Origin: Octopus vulgaris
Taxonomy: Eukaryota
Reading direction: 5' to 3'
DNA: 64,000 bases
Assembly (NCBI GenBank): GCA_951406725.2
Contig: OX597823.1
Coordinates: 54,746,001 to 54,810,000 of the forward strand
The translations under genes were made by a program, and so were the position numbers. A model generated the notes under the pieces. The model made no database searches, had not been told where the DNA came from, and worked only from the letters and a program-made list of their open reading frames with translations. Below are positions 38,419 through 52,600 of this stretch, piece after piece. Every line of letters starts with the position of its first letter. Within the stretch, counting starts at the first letter, position 1.

Positions 38419-39228
38419 CTTTAGAAGCAGAAATATGAAGGACTGCTTTATCCAATGTGCCCTACTCTTACTAAGATAGTGCAATGTGGCTTGAAATAAA
38501 TTTAGCTGCTATTTCTAGCATGTCATACAAATGAGTACAGGTTTCATCATTGTCCCATGCAGTGTGAGGTAGTATGGGTATGACACTGCATGATGTAACA
38601 AGGGGTAATACAATGTGGTGTGGTGTGGTTTCGTACAGATAAGTAAATAGCAAAAATGGTGTTTTTCAACTTATTGATCACCAAAACATACTTTTATTCA
38701 CAATGTGACAGTGGTGGTTGGGGGAAACTAATTCTACTAGTACTACGACTAATACTACTAATACTAGTATTACTACAGCATATCATACTTCTTAGGTGAA
38801 CTCTATGTGAGGAGGTGTGATAAAAGGGAAGAGAGGTAATTAGAGAGACAGAGCTAGACAGCAGGTAGATAGATAGGTAGATAGATAGACAGTTAGAGAG
38901 AGAGGGAGAGAGAGAGAGAGATATAAAGAGAGAGAGAGGGAGAGAGAGAGAGAAATTGATATAGATCATAGTAACATAGAAATATATACACACATACAAA
39001 CAAACTGATATAGATATGAACATCATATGTATATATGTATATATGTGTGTGAATATATATATGTGTGTGTGTGTGTGTGTGAATATATATAGGTGTGTGT
39101 GTGTGCATGAATGTATATGTGGAAATATATATATGCATATATACATATATATATATATATATAGATAGATATATATACATACACATATATATATACATAC
39201 ACACACACATATATATATATATATATGT

Positions 39229-39308
<80 letters not shown>

Positions 39309-39656
39309 GTATGTATGAATGTATGTATGTATGTATGAGTAGGTGAACAAACATAAGAAAATAGCACTCAATACATCTAGTTGGAATTGTGAGTATTCAA
39401 TAATGGATTGACTCTGCTCTACATTACTTATAGTTTCCAAACTCTGTACACCTGAGAACACTTCTACATTCCCAGGTGTACAGAGTTAGAATAAAGATAG
39501 TTAAAAAGAAATTCTAAAAAAACAAAACAAAAAAAAACAGCTTCTGGGTGAGAATATTTTGGTCTCTCATTGGCCAGTATGGATCACATGGATACTTTCA
39601 TTAGAGAGTAGCAACAGTTGATTGCATTGTATGCTTCACATGGCAGAGTAAAAGTA

Positions 39657-40463
39657 TTGGCTTGTCCGGAAAGTTTGTGCCGATTTTTAAAGGAAAGAAA
39701 AAGGTCAATAAATACTTGCCATTACATTTTTAATCAACCAAATATAAACCATTTTGTTGCATAATGCGTCTCCATCTTTCCTTTAACCTTCTACTCAGAA
39801 TGGAGGTGGTTTCATGGCAAAGAATTCATCAGGATATCTTTTTACGTCATCCAAGGAATTGAAATTTTTACCATTAAGACTATTTTGCAGAGACCTGAAT
39901 AAGTGGAAATCCAAAGGAGCATTATCTGGTGAATATGGAGGGTGGGGTAACAGATCCCAGCCGAGCTGCAGCAATTTTTGTCTGGGTCCCAAAGCATCAA
40001 GTGCCGAAAATGAACTTTCTTATCTTCCATTTTAAAGGGTTACAGAATTAACACAGGTTATAGGAACATAAACCTTCTTCCACGAACAGATAGCTTAAAC
40101 TGTACTCTAAATGGAGGTGTAATCAAATCCTATTTTATGGACTCAATCATGTTCTAAAATAAGTTGAAAGGTAAGCTACTATAAATCGGCATATAAGGCG
40201 GTGAGCTGGCAGAAACGTTAGCACGCCGGGCGAAATGCGTAGCCGTATTTCGTCTGTTGTTATGTTCCGAGTTCAAATTCCGCCGAGGTCGACTTTGCCT
40301 TTCATCCTCCCGGGGTCGATAAATTAAGTACCAGTTGCGTACTGGGGTCGATGTAATCGCCTTAATCCCTTTGTCTGTCCTTGTTTGTCCCCTCTGTGTT
40401 TAGCCCCTCGTGGGTAGTTAAGAAATCTACTATAAATCGGCATGAACTTTCCGGACAACCCAA
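39657..40463 (-). mobile_element. Internally deleted mariner element, interrupted by a SINE
   Basis: TIRs ttggcttgtccggaaagtttgtgccgattt / aaatcggcatgaactttccggacaacccaa with TA duplications; transposase remnants MEDKKVHFRHLMLW and LGWDLLPHPPYSPDNAPLDFHLFRSLQNSL (YSPDLAPSD motif). Confidence 0.92.
40193..40426 (+). mobile_element. Young tRNA-derived SINE with a Meta/MESC-like central domain and a 17-bp target-site duplication
   Basis: B-box gagttcaaattcc; domain gactttgcctttcatcct..ggggtcgataaa..aagtaccag; TSD ctactataaatcggcat at 40176-40192 and 40427-40443. Confidence 0.9.
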
Positions 40464-40640
40464 TATATGGTATAGTGGTGTCAGGTAGCTGGAGGTCTGT
40501 CAGTTTTGACAGTTCAGTGATGACAGCTACTGATGCACTATGTGGTGCAGCAAATGGTTTGGTAGTGACAGGCTATGTATCAGTTTGCATTCTGCACCCA
40601 TGAAACTTTAAGTAATGTTGAACTGAGTCAGCCTGCTATT

Positions 40641-40725
<85 letters not shown>

Positions 40726-42340
40726 CACACATGCACACACACACACACACACTTGTATGTGTGTGCTCTTGTGGAAGAGTCATGTTATCAAAGCCTCTAA
40801 ACACTCACCTGTTGTTGTTTCTTGTTTATGTACGATATTTGTTTCTTTCCCCAAAGTTTTCCATCACATTATTCCTGTCGCCTCTTCAATGTATTTACAT
40901 TTTCAAATGATTTAGATATACTAATTCATTTTTCTTTAAGAATGCCCTACATGAAACAAAGCTTAAAACCAAAGCAGGCAAATCTATTAAGTCACTACTA
41001 TAAGAGTTAGGGTCAATCAAGTATCAAATCCCACATTGATAGTAACTGCATGGTTATAGAAAATTTTGCCTTAACCCTTTTTGCCGTGGGAAAATACATC
41101 ATAAGAAATTTCATTTTAAGTGACTTCCTCACAATTTTTTTTATATTTGACAGTGAGTAAATACTTGCATATTTAATGCTTTTATAAGACCTTTCATCAT
41201 TATTTAAAAAAAAATATTTTTTAAAAGATGCTGATATAATTGTCCATATGGTAAATTTGTCTTATGACAGATTTTCCTATATGGTGAATTTTCCAGACAT
41301 ATGTACCAGTTACGCACTGGGGTTGATATAATCAACTTAATCCATTTGTCTGTCCTTGTTTGTCCCCTCTGTGTCTAGCCCCTAGTGGGCAGTAAAGAAA
41401 TAAGAAACTGGTATAGAATGCACCATCAACCCATAAGTAAACTGCAAAACTACAAATGTAGTTTACCATTCGAGCTGCATGGAAAGGTAACATATATAGG
41501 AGAAATAGTCTGCAGTATATGTGAAAAGAATGCAGAATACTATGGCTGCATGAAAAGATGCAAATATCCTTACTCAACAAAAACTTACTATGCAAAAACT
41601 CATTTAATCAATAAAAAAAATGTTGAAGTAAAAATTCTTTCAATAAATCCGAAAGAACCAGCATTGAGATAAATTACAGAAGCTCCATGAATACAGGAAG
41701 CAGTTACTGACACTCCTCAATATTTACTCAACAGAAAGAATAAATGATTCAACAATGTTCCTTTCACCACAATCCATCAACTCAGAAGCACAAAAATATG
41801 GATTCAATAAGACTAAAACTAACCAAAGTCTGCCACAACACACACACACATACACACAATTGTGTGTGCGTGTATTCATATGTTGGCCACAATAATAAAA
41901 ATACCGAAGTACAAAAAATATATAATTACACAACCAAAATAATACCTAAGTCATCGTCTCACAGGTTCGCCATAGATATCAAATATAACTACATAACACA
42001 AGAGGAAAAATCAGTTAGTAAATCTAAATAATTTAAAAATCTAAACCTATTGAGAAGGCTGCAGGAATAGTGTAGAGAAAAATATTCTGGGAAAGCAAAA
42101 TATAACTTAAAAAAAAAACATCAGCAAAAAGCAAAATTGGTGAGTGTATTTGCAGATTCAATAATATGACATTTCCAATACGCATACATGCACACATGCA
42201 CAGACAAAAACACACACATACACATACATATATGTGCATGTGTGTGTATGTGTGCATGTGCATGTGTGTGTGTGCATGTGCATGCGTGCATGTGTGTACA
42301 TATTGCGTGTACATATGTGTCTATACCTATCTCTTTCTAT

Positions 42341-42375
<35 letters not shown>

Positions 42376-42424
42376 TATAAAAATAATGTGTGTGTATGTA
42401 TGTGTGTGTGTGTGTGTGTGTATG

Positions 42425-42462
<38 letters not shown>

Positions 42463-43176
42463 TATATAAACACATATATACATATTGATATATATTCATT
42501 TATGTCTATGTGTGTGTGTATATATATATATAGAGAGAGAGAGAAGGAGAGAGAGAGAGAGAGAGATTAAATATAAATATATATTCTTGTATATATATAT
42601 TATATTCGACATGTGTGTGTGTGTATGTGTATATACATACATACATATTTATATATATATATATATATACACACACATACACACACACTCACAGGTGAGC
42701 ACATAAATGCAAAACAAGGTGGGAATAAACAGTACTCAAATACCAAAGGCAGAGTAATATACTTTTATTAAAGCTGCAAAATTATCTCAGAACTGCTACT
42801 CAGAGTTCCACTTTCCTGTTCATTGAACACTTGCATTCGATGAATGGGAATGTGAAACTCTGAGTAATAGTTTAAGTGGTAATTTTACAGCTTCAATAAA
42901 AAATGTAGATATATATATATATATATATATATGCACATTTATTAGTTTTATTTTACATGTGTGTGTCTGCATATATATATATATATATATATATAATACA
43001 AAATAAATATATAATACAAAATAAATATATGTTTATATATGTACATATAAATATAATAATAATAATATTAATATATATATATATACATATATAGACACAT
43101 AAATACATAAAAGGTATGTATGTGTATGTGTGTATATATATGTATATATACTTATATATATGTATATATATATATA

Positions 43177-43232
<56 letters not shown>

Positions 43233-43394
43233 TTCTTTTATTTGTTTCAGTCATTAATTAGACTGTGACTAAGCATGTTTATATGTGTGTGTATGTGTGT
43301 AAATATATAATACACAAATTGATATGGACACACGGAAAGCAAAAGTGAGAAAGCCAGTGGTTAGAAAGTTAAAAGTTGAAGAAAAATGTAAGAT

Positions 43395-43556
43395 GATGAA
43401 GAAGAAGGAGAAGAAGGAGGAGGAGAGGCAAAAAAGAAGATGAAGAATAAGAAGAAGAAGAAAAAAAAGAAGAAGAAGAGGAAAAAGAAGAAGAAGAAGA
43501 AGAAGAAGAAGAAGAAGAAGAAGAAGAAGAAGAAGAAGAAGAAGAAGAAGAAGAAG
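43395..43556. repeat. (GAA)n purine tract
   Basis: More than 20 perfect GAA units plus degenerate flanks. Confidence 0.95.
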
Positions 43557-43656
43557 GTGAGAGAGGAGAAACATGACATCTACAAACGCACACACTGCGG
43601 CAGTTGGAAGAGGTTGGGTGTATTTGCTACAAACGTTTAAATGTAAAGAGACTTAC

Positions 43657-43695
43657 TGATCATCTCAGGAGAAAGCTAGGGGTTTGAACACTACT
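43657..43695 (-). other. Candidate 39-nt micro/poison exon
   Basis: Acceptor catgtcctttgtttacAG, 39 nt, donor TCA|GTAAGT (consensus intronic hexamer). Stops occur in all frames; both phase-1 stops are TAG. Confidence 0.35.
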
Positions 43696-44419
43696 CTGTA
43701 AACAAAGGACATGAAACAGTTGGTTTTCAGCTTTGGCGTATTATCACAGCAGAGGCGCATTTAGCAGGAGCAAAAAGGTTTTGAAATAGGCATAATATAA
43801 AAAAAAAAAAAATCTTATCACATATCTGTCAATATGTGTGTGTGTGTAAGTGTGTGTATGTGTGTGTGTGTGGTGTGCATGTGTATATGTGTGTGTTAGT
43901 GTATACATACATATACACACACACATATATACATATATATATATAAATATGCTTATATATATATATATATATATACAGGTACACATACACACACCTGTGT
44001 ATATATTTAGAGGTATGTATGTATCAAGTGGTTACACTATATATACGTATAGGATATAGGGTTCCAGTTCAGTTACAAATAAACATTATACATGTTTGCT
44101 TCTATCTGCAGACTACATTGTTTCCATCTTGAATTAATCATTCACATCTGACTGGGGGACATCTCTTTGCATCTTTCATTTTTGTACATTATCCTGATTG
44201 TTGTTGTTCTTGCTGTTTAGCCTTAAGCTAGCCTTGACAAAGCAGACGTGAGCTCAAAGATGTTACAGCTATAACCATCTTAATTATTTCCCCTGTAAAC
44301 AGATACGTGCATAGCCAAGTGGTTAGGCTTTTGCACTCACGATCAGCAGATTGTGGGTTTGATTCCCTGACTAGATAGCATGTTGTGTTTTTGAGCAAAA
44401 CACTTCATTTCATTTCATC

Positions 44420-44645
44420 TCAATCGAAGGAGAGGGGCTTTCTCCGTCCGGGTTGTGGATCCGTGGAATAAGCTGCCGGACGAGATAGTGAAGATGCCAA
44501 CGATCGCTTGGTTCAAAGTCTCTCTTGACCAGAAATGGCCTGAACTCTTTGCATAAACACCCTCCCTGTAGATAACTCCATGTCCCCCTACATGGCCTTG
44601 CTTTTTGCTTTTTGAGCCAAAAAATTAACTTAACTTAACTTAACT
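44420..44645 (+). mobile_element. Young CR1-like LINE 3' end with a (TTAAC)n tail, inserted in a SINE
   Basis: NRRRGAFSVRVVDPWNKLPDEIVKMPTIAWFKVSLDQKWPELFA*; TSD acttcatttc; highly similar to 21291-21458. Confidence 0.85.
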
Positions 44646-47499
44646 TCATTTCTCATTGCTCCAGTCATCCTTCAACCAGAGGAGATTGTTGGCTTGCTCG
44701 CCTAGCCAGCAGGGTGGCATCATTTGAAGGCTAAAACAATGCAAATGCACATTGCAACCAGTGATATGTAACAACATCTGATAGCCTCGTCAGTCACGTG
44801 ACGTAGTAAACAGATATACTATATCCAGCTAACCCTATCCTTTACTCGGGTAATAGGGTATACATTGAGGAAGAGATAGTTGCTATTTCTTACTGGTCAA
44901 ACATCTGCATGTTGAAGTCTATTCATTGGCTTGACTCTATTGTGGTTGTTGTCATGCTTGTTGTTGTGGTTTAACCTCCAGTTCAACCCTGATTAAGTAG
45001 ACCTATGAATGAAATTCTGCTCAAAATGCTGCAGTCATCTCATCCACACCTAGAACTAGATTTTTTAATATAACCTTCCTTTTTTAAGGACAGTAATTTG
45101 ATGGATTTAAGTTGCTTTTTCACAGTCCTTATTCAGTATTAATACCCTCCTCCATGAGTAAGGGACCACGTTCCATTCATATGTTTCATATTTTTCTTTT
45201 GACATGGTTTCCACAGCTTGGTGCTCCTCCCTTTACCAACCACTTCATAGAATGTAGTGGGTGTTTTCACATGTAACCAGCACTAGTGAGGTCACTGAGC
45301 ATGTAGACTTCATTTCAAGTAAGTTGAAAGACCATGTGATATACGATAGTGGAGATTATTCTTCCTCCCATTTCATCAGCTCTGACAATTTCCTCATTTA
45401 TAGTTACCAGGGTGGGGTGAAGCTTTCCAGCCCTATAGGGTAATTCACCTGAGAGAAGGCTACTCCAGTGTAAAACCTACAGCTTTCTGGTCACCACAGC
45501 TATCAGCTGTCTTAGCCCTCTGATCCACTGTGCTCAGACCTCCAAGCCTGAAGAACCGGATTGGATTACACAGACTGACTCTCACTTTAAAATTGTTCAT
45601 TGCAGACAGGAAGAAAACCCATGCAGCGATAGGTACTGGATGGTACTGGCAGTTTCAGCTTCAAATTTGTAGGTAGCTGCTCTTCTTCATGACCTTCAGA
45701 CACAAAGATCTGATCTGACATCTATTATCATTATTAATACATAGTTTACAGTGACAATACATGGCCTAGTTGTTGCTGTTTTGGATTCACAATCTTATGG
45801 CCATAGGTTCAATTTCTGAACCAGGCAGCACTTTGTCCTTGAGCAAGGTACTTACATTACTTTAATATCTTCAGCTGAAAATGAGTACTACCTGACTACT
45901 GGTAGAATTCTCAATCCCCCAAAGATTTAAACTATTATATAAGAAACTTTTATAATAGTTTTCTGTTATAATTTTATGCATATCCAGGGTGCTTTATAGA
46001 AATATAAATTCACCCCTGTACTTTATTTTCATTGATTTCCAGAAGGATCAAAGGCAAACTTGTAGATATTTGAGCTTTAATGCAATGGGTCAAAACTAGA
46101 TTCTGCTGAAAGGCCTTTTTGTTCAATACTCAAGTATCATCCATCAATGAAAAAACGTCTATGATATCATCAAGAAGGCTGATACCAATGAATTACAGCA
46201 TCTTCCTCAAAGACACAGGCAGCCTTAAGCTTACCTTATCTATATTTTTGAGAGTGAGAAAGGTAACAGAGAGAGAGAGATAGAAGAATAGAGAGAGAAA
46301 GAGCTGTTTGGTTAGACTTATCGCTGACCAAGTCAGTAGAGCATGGAGCTCTGGCTGAATGTTCAATGGTTTGTGTCCTGTCACTGGCACTGAACTGTAT
46401 CAATAGCTAAGACTTCTACTGTCCCAGTCCACCAAGCTATAAAATGATATCGTGTACAAGTACAGCTCTTCTTATTGCAAACAGTGACACCACTGAGTAG
46501 TGAGTACATTAAGTCTCAGTTTTACCTCCGATAGGTCTGAGCCATTATAATCCATGTTTGTCTGTTGGAGTGACAAAGACTGATAATGTGCAAGGTAATT
46601 TAATAATGAAGAAGAGTTGCACTCCAGTGATTTCCTTCTTTTGTCTGTGACCATCTTCAATCCAGTGGCAAAGACTAGGTCAAGATGACTGGAACAGAAA
46701 CGGATCCAGGTAAAAGTTAAATTGTTGAGTCATCCCAACTCATAAGGGCCAGTTGCCCAGTTTCATGGTGTAGGAATTATCCTCCTGGATTGGACACTAA
46801 TTCATTGCAGGATTACTCATCTTTGCCAGCTGAGTAGACTGGAGCAATGTAAAATGAAGTGTTTTGTTCAAGAACACAACGCGTTGCCCAGTCCAGGAAC
46901 TGAAACCACAATCTTATGATCATGAGTCCAACACCCTAACCACTAAGTCATGTGCCTCCACACTGATGCAGGAGATGACCAAAATGCCTTACTTGCCTCA
47001 TCTTGCTCTCAACACTCCTCAATGCATTGCTGCAGCAACCTTCCCTTCTGTTGAACCATGTAAGTTTCTTCTGCAGTGTTTGCGTCAGATTTGCTTTTCA
47101 CATGCATAGGTAGGTAAGCCATAATATGCAAATTAGCCCATAGTTGGGACCCTGGCAGAATTTACTACTTCAGGTTAGAGCAGACTTTGAAACAAGACTG
47201 ATTAAGGGCTGGTTCGACACTTCTCAAAACCCTGGAGCTCCCAAAGCAGGGTTCAACTACTGGATTCAGTTTAAAGTCCTACTCAGAACGACCATTATAG
47301 TTGAGCATATATTACAGATATATTTTGAAGTATTCCTTTCATGTCGTTATTGTAAGTAAATGATCCCAATGTGAATGATGTGAACGACATGTATCCTCAT
47401 TGTTGCTGTTGGTCGTGTTTCACAAAGTGTGACTGAAGAGAGACAGCCTTGCAATGTGATGACAATAATCACGTAAGATGGAAACAAAGAGACAAAACT

Positions 47500-48090
47500 G
47501 AATGACAGAAGCAAATTAGCAAATTAAAATATAATAAATTCAACTGAATTGGAATATAATTAAAATTGAAAATTAAAATTAAATGCACTTTGAAATTAGA
47601 TTGAAAACTTTAGCAAATTTAAATATAAAATAAATTCAATTCAAATACAATTCAAATTAAATTAAAATGCAGTTTAAATGAAATTAAAAATGAAAATGCA
47701 ATTTATTTAAACTAAATGGAAAGACAATTAAAAGTTAACTGAAACTGAAAACACAATTCAAAGAACAATGAAATATAATTTTGAATAAATCAAAACACAA
47801 TTTAACATACATTGAAATATAATTTAAAGTAAATTAAAATGCAATTTGAAATTATTTAAAATACAATTTAAAGCAAATTAAAATATAATACAAAGTATAT
47901 TGAAATACATTTTAAAGCAATTTAAAATACAAAGTAAATACTGTTGACATAATGTTCAAGCAAAGTAAAATGCAATGTAAATGATATTTGAAAATTCAAA
48001 ATTTAAAGCAAAGGAAAATCTTTTAACATTCTAGTCTAATGTACTCTAAAATAGAGTTCATTAGAATTTAAATAAAATCAAAATATAAAT
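47500..48090. repeat. Very AT-rich degenerate tandem repeat (aaattaaaatgcaatttaaag-like units of about 10 or 21 bp)
   Basis: Recurrent aaattaaaat, aaatgcaattt and aaatacaattt units. Confidence 0.7.
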
Positions 48091-50018
48091 CTTAAAAGGA
48101 TTATATGTCCTTTCTTCTGCAATTCACACCCACTTTTGATTGGGTTTTAGTGAATCCATTATTTTTACAGTTATTTATCTGTTACTATCTGTAACTGAAC
48201 ACTCATCTTCGATGTTGGAGGGGAACCTGTTTGTCAGTCAGTCAGACTGAAGCAAAATAGAGCTAAGTTTCTTACTTCGAAACATAAAACAATGGCTGTA
48301 AAAAGTAAATATTTAAACACACAACCTTGAACTCTAAAGTTTAACATATTATTCTTAATCTCACATTCATTGTAAAAATTGAAAAAAGAAGAAATACAAA
48401 CATTTAAATTATGCAAAAAAAGAATTGAATTAAAATACATAAAAAAAAATGAAATCATATAAATATCTGTTTTATTGATTTCTCCCAAATATAGCATCTT
48501 AAGCATCATATATTTTCTTCAAAATCTGAACTGATGTTGCTATGAACTTCATGTGACTTGCACTAAAAGTCTTCCCACAATATTTCTCTATCATATCAGA
48601 AGCAGAGATTAAAATATGAAGCTCTCATCAGTAATACATAATAATCCGTTCAAGGAGTTGGTCTTTAACCCTTACTAATTCTGGCTTTCTTGAATCACTG
48701 CATAAAAGTTCCCTTGGCTAGCTTGCTTCCCAGCCACATGGTTCTATGTTCAGCCCCATTGAATAGCACCTTGGGTAATTGTCTTCTATTAAAGCCTCAT
48801 GAGTGGATTTGGTAACCAGAAACTTAAGAAAGCCTGTTGTATATATTATATATTTATGTGTATTTGTATGTGTGTGTCCCTAAATGTCTTATAATGTAAG
48901 GAAGTTTAATGCGAACTGGTTGATCAGCTTAAACAAACCCTTCTTGTTGGTTTGAGTATTAACCATCATCATCTTCATTCGCATTATATCCACTTTTCAT
49001 CAATATCGTCATCAATATCCTCTTTCCCCATGCTTGCATGGATTGGCTAAAATTTGTTGAGGCAGATTTTCTACAGCTGGATGCCCTTCCTGTCACTAAC
49101 TCTCACCTGTTTGCAAGTGACGCAATGTTTCTCCATGACCAGACATGTTTTTATAGAAGATTGGAAAGGGAGGACACTGCTTGCATTATGGTAACATTTG
49201 TTTAAAACAATTACATGATATCAAGGCAAGGATAGACACACTTGCATGCATACACAAACACACACATAATATATATATATATATATATATGTATATGATG
49301 GGCTTCTTTCAGTTTTTATCTACCAAATCCACTCACAAGGCATTGGTTGGCTTGGAGCCATACTAGAAGAAACTTGGCCAAGATGCCATGCAATTGGACT
49401 GAACCTGAGGCCATGTGGTTGGGCAGCAAGCTTCTTACCACATAGCCATGCCTGGAGTCAGAAATTCTGATTCTAGGACTGAAAACAACTGTCACTGAGG
49501 GAGTCAGCACATGGAAATTCAATTAGCTAGAAACAGCAGCCAAATTTCCCTTAAATCACACTTTACAGTCTTAAAAGAAGAGCAAATGGAATGAGAGAGT
49601 TTGAGGTTACATGATACCTGGAAAATAATGAAAAGCTCATGCTTTTAAACATAAGTCTGTTTGATCAGGGTTATACTGCAGATAAACAATTATTATAACT
49701 GACTAATAAGTTTTCTCAAAGGTGTTTATATTTGCTTATATATATTTTTATTTATATTTTTTATTTATAAAGACTTTTATATTTTTAAGCACCATGTATA
49801 TGCATTACTTAGAGTTGGGGAATTCAACTAACAACTATTATTGCTCTGCACAGAGTATTCATGTCACTTGCTTGTAAAAACTGAAGAGGGTAGTACCTAC
49901 ATACAGGTTGTTACACAATCACTTGAAATGTATGTTTTAAATGCATTTGAAATATCAACAATTAATTTTGTAATTATTCTTATATTTATATGTGTATTTG
50001 TGTGTGTGTGTGTGTGTG

Positions 50019-50051
<33 letters not shown>

Positions 50052-51395
50052 ATGTGTGTGTGTATCTAACCTTTTTATTTTTCCCCCTTTTTATTGATTT
50101 TTGTAACTTTTTAATTTTTTATTTTTCTCATCCACTACACCATTTTCTTCCCTGTTTCCCCAATTGTATCCCTTTCCATGCCTCTCTCTCATCTTTATCA
50201 TATTTACTACCCTTTTGAATACACTCACCCCCAGTTAATAACCTGCAACCCACACTACTCACACACCTCTCTCTATGGCTATCTTACCCAGATACTCTCC
50301 TATATATGCATGAAACACCCCATCTCTTCCTCTTTTCTGACTTCTTCCCTATAGAACTGCATTACTGCCTGGCCCCTAAATTTTTCTTCCTCTTCTTCAC
50401 ACTTTTCTATCACTCTTCTTCCATTCCCTTATTCTGATGAAAAATTTTAATGTCCAAAATGCTAAAGATCCTTTTCCTTTTTCTATTCAAGTGTGAGATT
50501 AAGACCACCTGTGTGAATACTAGTCCCTGTTATGGTTTTCTTTTTTTCTTCTTCATTATAGGATTTTGTGCATATTCACTGTTGTTATTTGTAATAGCAA
50601 ACAGGTGTTGATGTAATGGACATAAAATGTTAATGTTTCATTTATGCTACTTGTCTATATTGATTCCAAGTAGTGTTTATTTATGTTTTTAACACTGCAG
50701 ACACTGCCAGACTGAATAGTACAACTCAGGTGTTGAAACCATAGTGATATTTGTTAGGCAGCTGATGATGGGAATAAGTTTTATACATTCTTATTTGTGA
50801 ATCTTTAATATATTGGGGTCTCATTATTCTGAGTGGTCCTCCATTCTCATAAGGTTGAAAATGTTTATGAGTTCAAGGTTTATGGTGAGTACACATACTG
50901 ATATTGCATGATTGCATTCATAAATAATCTTATTAGACTTGGATTCTAAACCCATGGTTTCTAGTTATGGAGATTCTGTGACATATCTCTGTTTCACCTA
51001 TTCTGCCTCTGTTTATTTCCTCTATGTTATAGAAATCCTCCTCCCTTTCCCTGCTTTGCAGTTCTTCTTCTTTACCTCTGTTCCTCCTTCATATGCTGCT
51101 TATATCCTCCTACCCCCTACTTTTTGCTCTTATTCTCCCTCCTCTCTCCTTTCAACCTTTGAATCTCTCACACTACAATATCAACTACTTTTGCTAATTT
51201 TCTCTTGATGAAGGGAGCCAGTCTTATAATAATATCACTATGTGACTGCTTACTGGTTGCAGAGCAAAGATTTTTTGTATCTACCATCTGCAAAGTATGA
51301 TTGTTATGTAATTCTGAGCTTCCTGAAACAGATACTGAGTTAAGAAATTATGTATTCTCTTGGTATTTTATGCCCTATGTGAATAGATTTGTGTG

Positions 51396-51427
<32 letters not shown>

Positions 51428-51786
51428 TGTATGTATGTATGTATGTATGTATGTATGTATGTATGTAGGTATGCATGTATGTATGTATATATATATGTGT
51501 GTGTGTGTGTGTGTGCATGTGTGTGTGCGTGTGTGTGTATGTATATGTATATGTGTGTATATATATACATATATATATATATACACATATATGGGGTGGT
51601 TGGTGTTAGGAAGGGCATCCAGCCGTAAAAACCATACCAAAATAGATGTTCAAACCAGGTGCAATCTTCTGCTTAGTCAGCTCTTGTCAAACCATCCAAC
51701 CCATGCCAGCATAAAAACTGGACGCTAAATGATGATGATGATGATGAAGACATTGTTATACATATATTATATATATATATCATATG

Positions 51787-51819
<33 letters not shown>

Positions 51820-51837
51820 TATATATATATATATATA

Positions 51838-52063
51838 TAAGGCTAGCTGGCAGAAACGTTAGCGCGCAGGGCGAAATGCTTAGCGGTATTTCGTCTGTCG
51901 TTACGTTCTGAGTTTGAATTCCGCCGAGGTTGACTTTGTCTTTCATCCTTTCGGGGTCGATAAATAAAGTACCAGTTTCGCACTGGGGTCGATGTAATCG
52001 ACTTAATCCCTTTGTCTGTCCTTGTTTGTCCCCTCTATGTTTAGCCCCTTGTGGGTAGTAAAG

Positions 52064-52066
<3 letters not shown>
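51838..52066 (+). mobile_element. Meta/MESC-like tRNA SINE
   Basis: Close match to 40193-40426; inserted in (TA)n. Confidence 0.88.
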
Positions 52067-52155
<89 letters not shown>

Positions 52156-52530
52156 AAAGAGAGAGAGTGAGAGACTCACACATACACACATATATTCTGC
52201 TTCCTTATATCCCCTGTATTTTTTCACATGCAATTGTTCTCTGTATAAGGGAAATTTCCATGCAGTTTCTATACAATTTCACCCATTTTCTTTATCACCA
52301 TATTCTTTCATTCCTTCTAATCTATTCACGACTTTGATCAAAGCTATTTCATGTATCTTCACTTCTGACCCAAATGGTTATGAGGGTGCAATTACATGGT
52401 TTTTTTTTTATGATACAAATTCCATTGATGTTCATCTATATATATATATATATATGTCACAAGAAGGAAGGTATGCACAGGTGGACTGACTACGTCCCAG
52501 GTAGGGGCCAAAGAGCTTCACCACCTCGTC

Positions 52531-52600
<70 letters not shown>

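Noticed and set aside
38694-39461. Longest ORF in the track (255 aa)
   Set aside because: Runs through (TA)n, (CA)n and (GA)n repeats that lack stops by construction.
40193-40290. tRNA-like sequences at SINE heads
   Set aside because: A/B-box remnants continue into SINE bodies and do not form complete cloverleaves; not tRNA genes.
43269-43640. Poly-L/F/S/K ORFs
   Set aside because: Translations of the (GAA)n tract.
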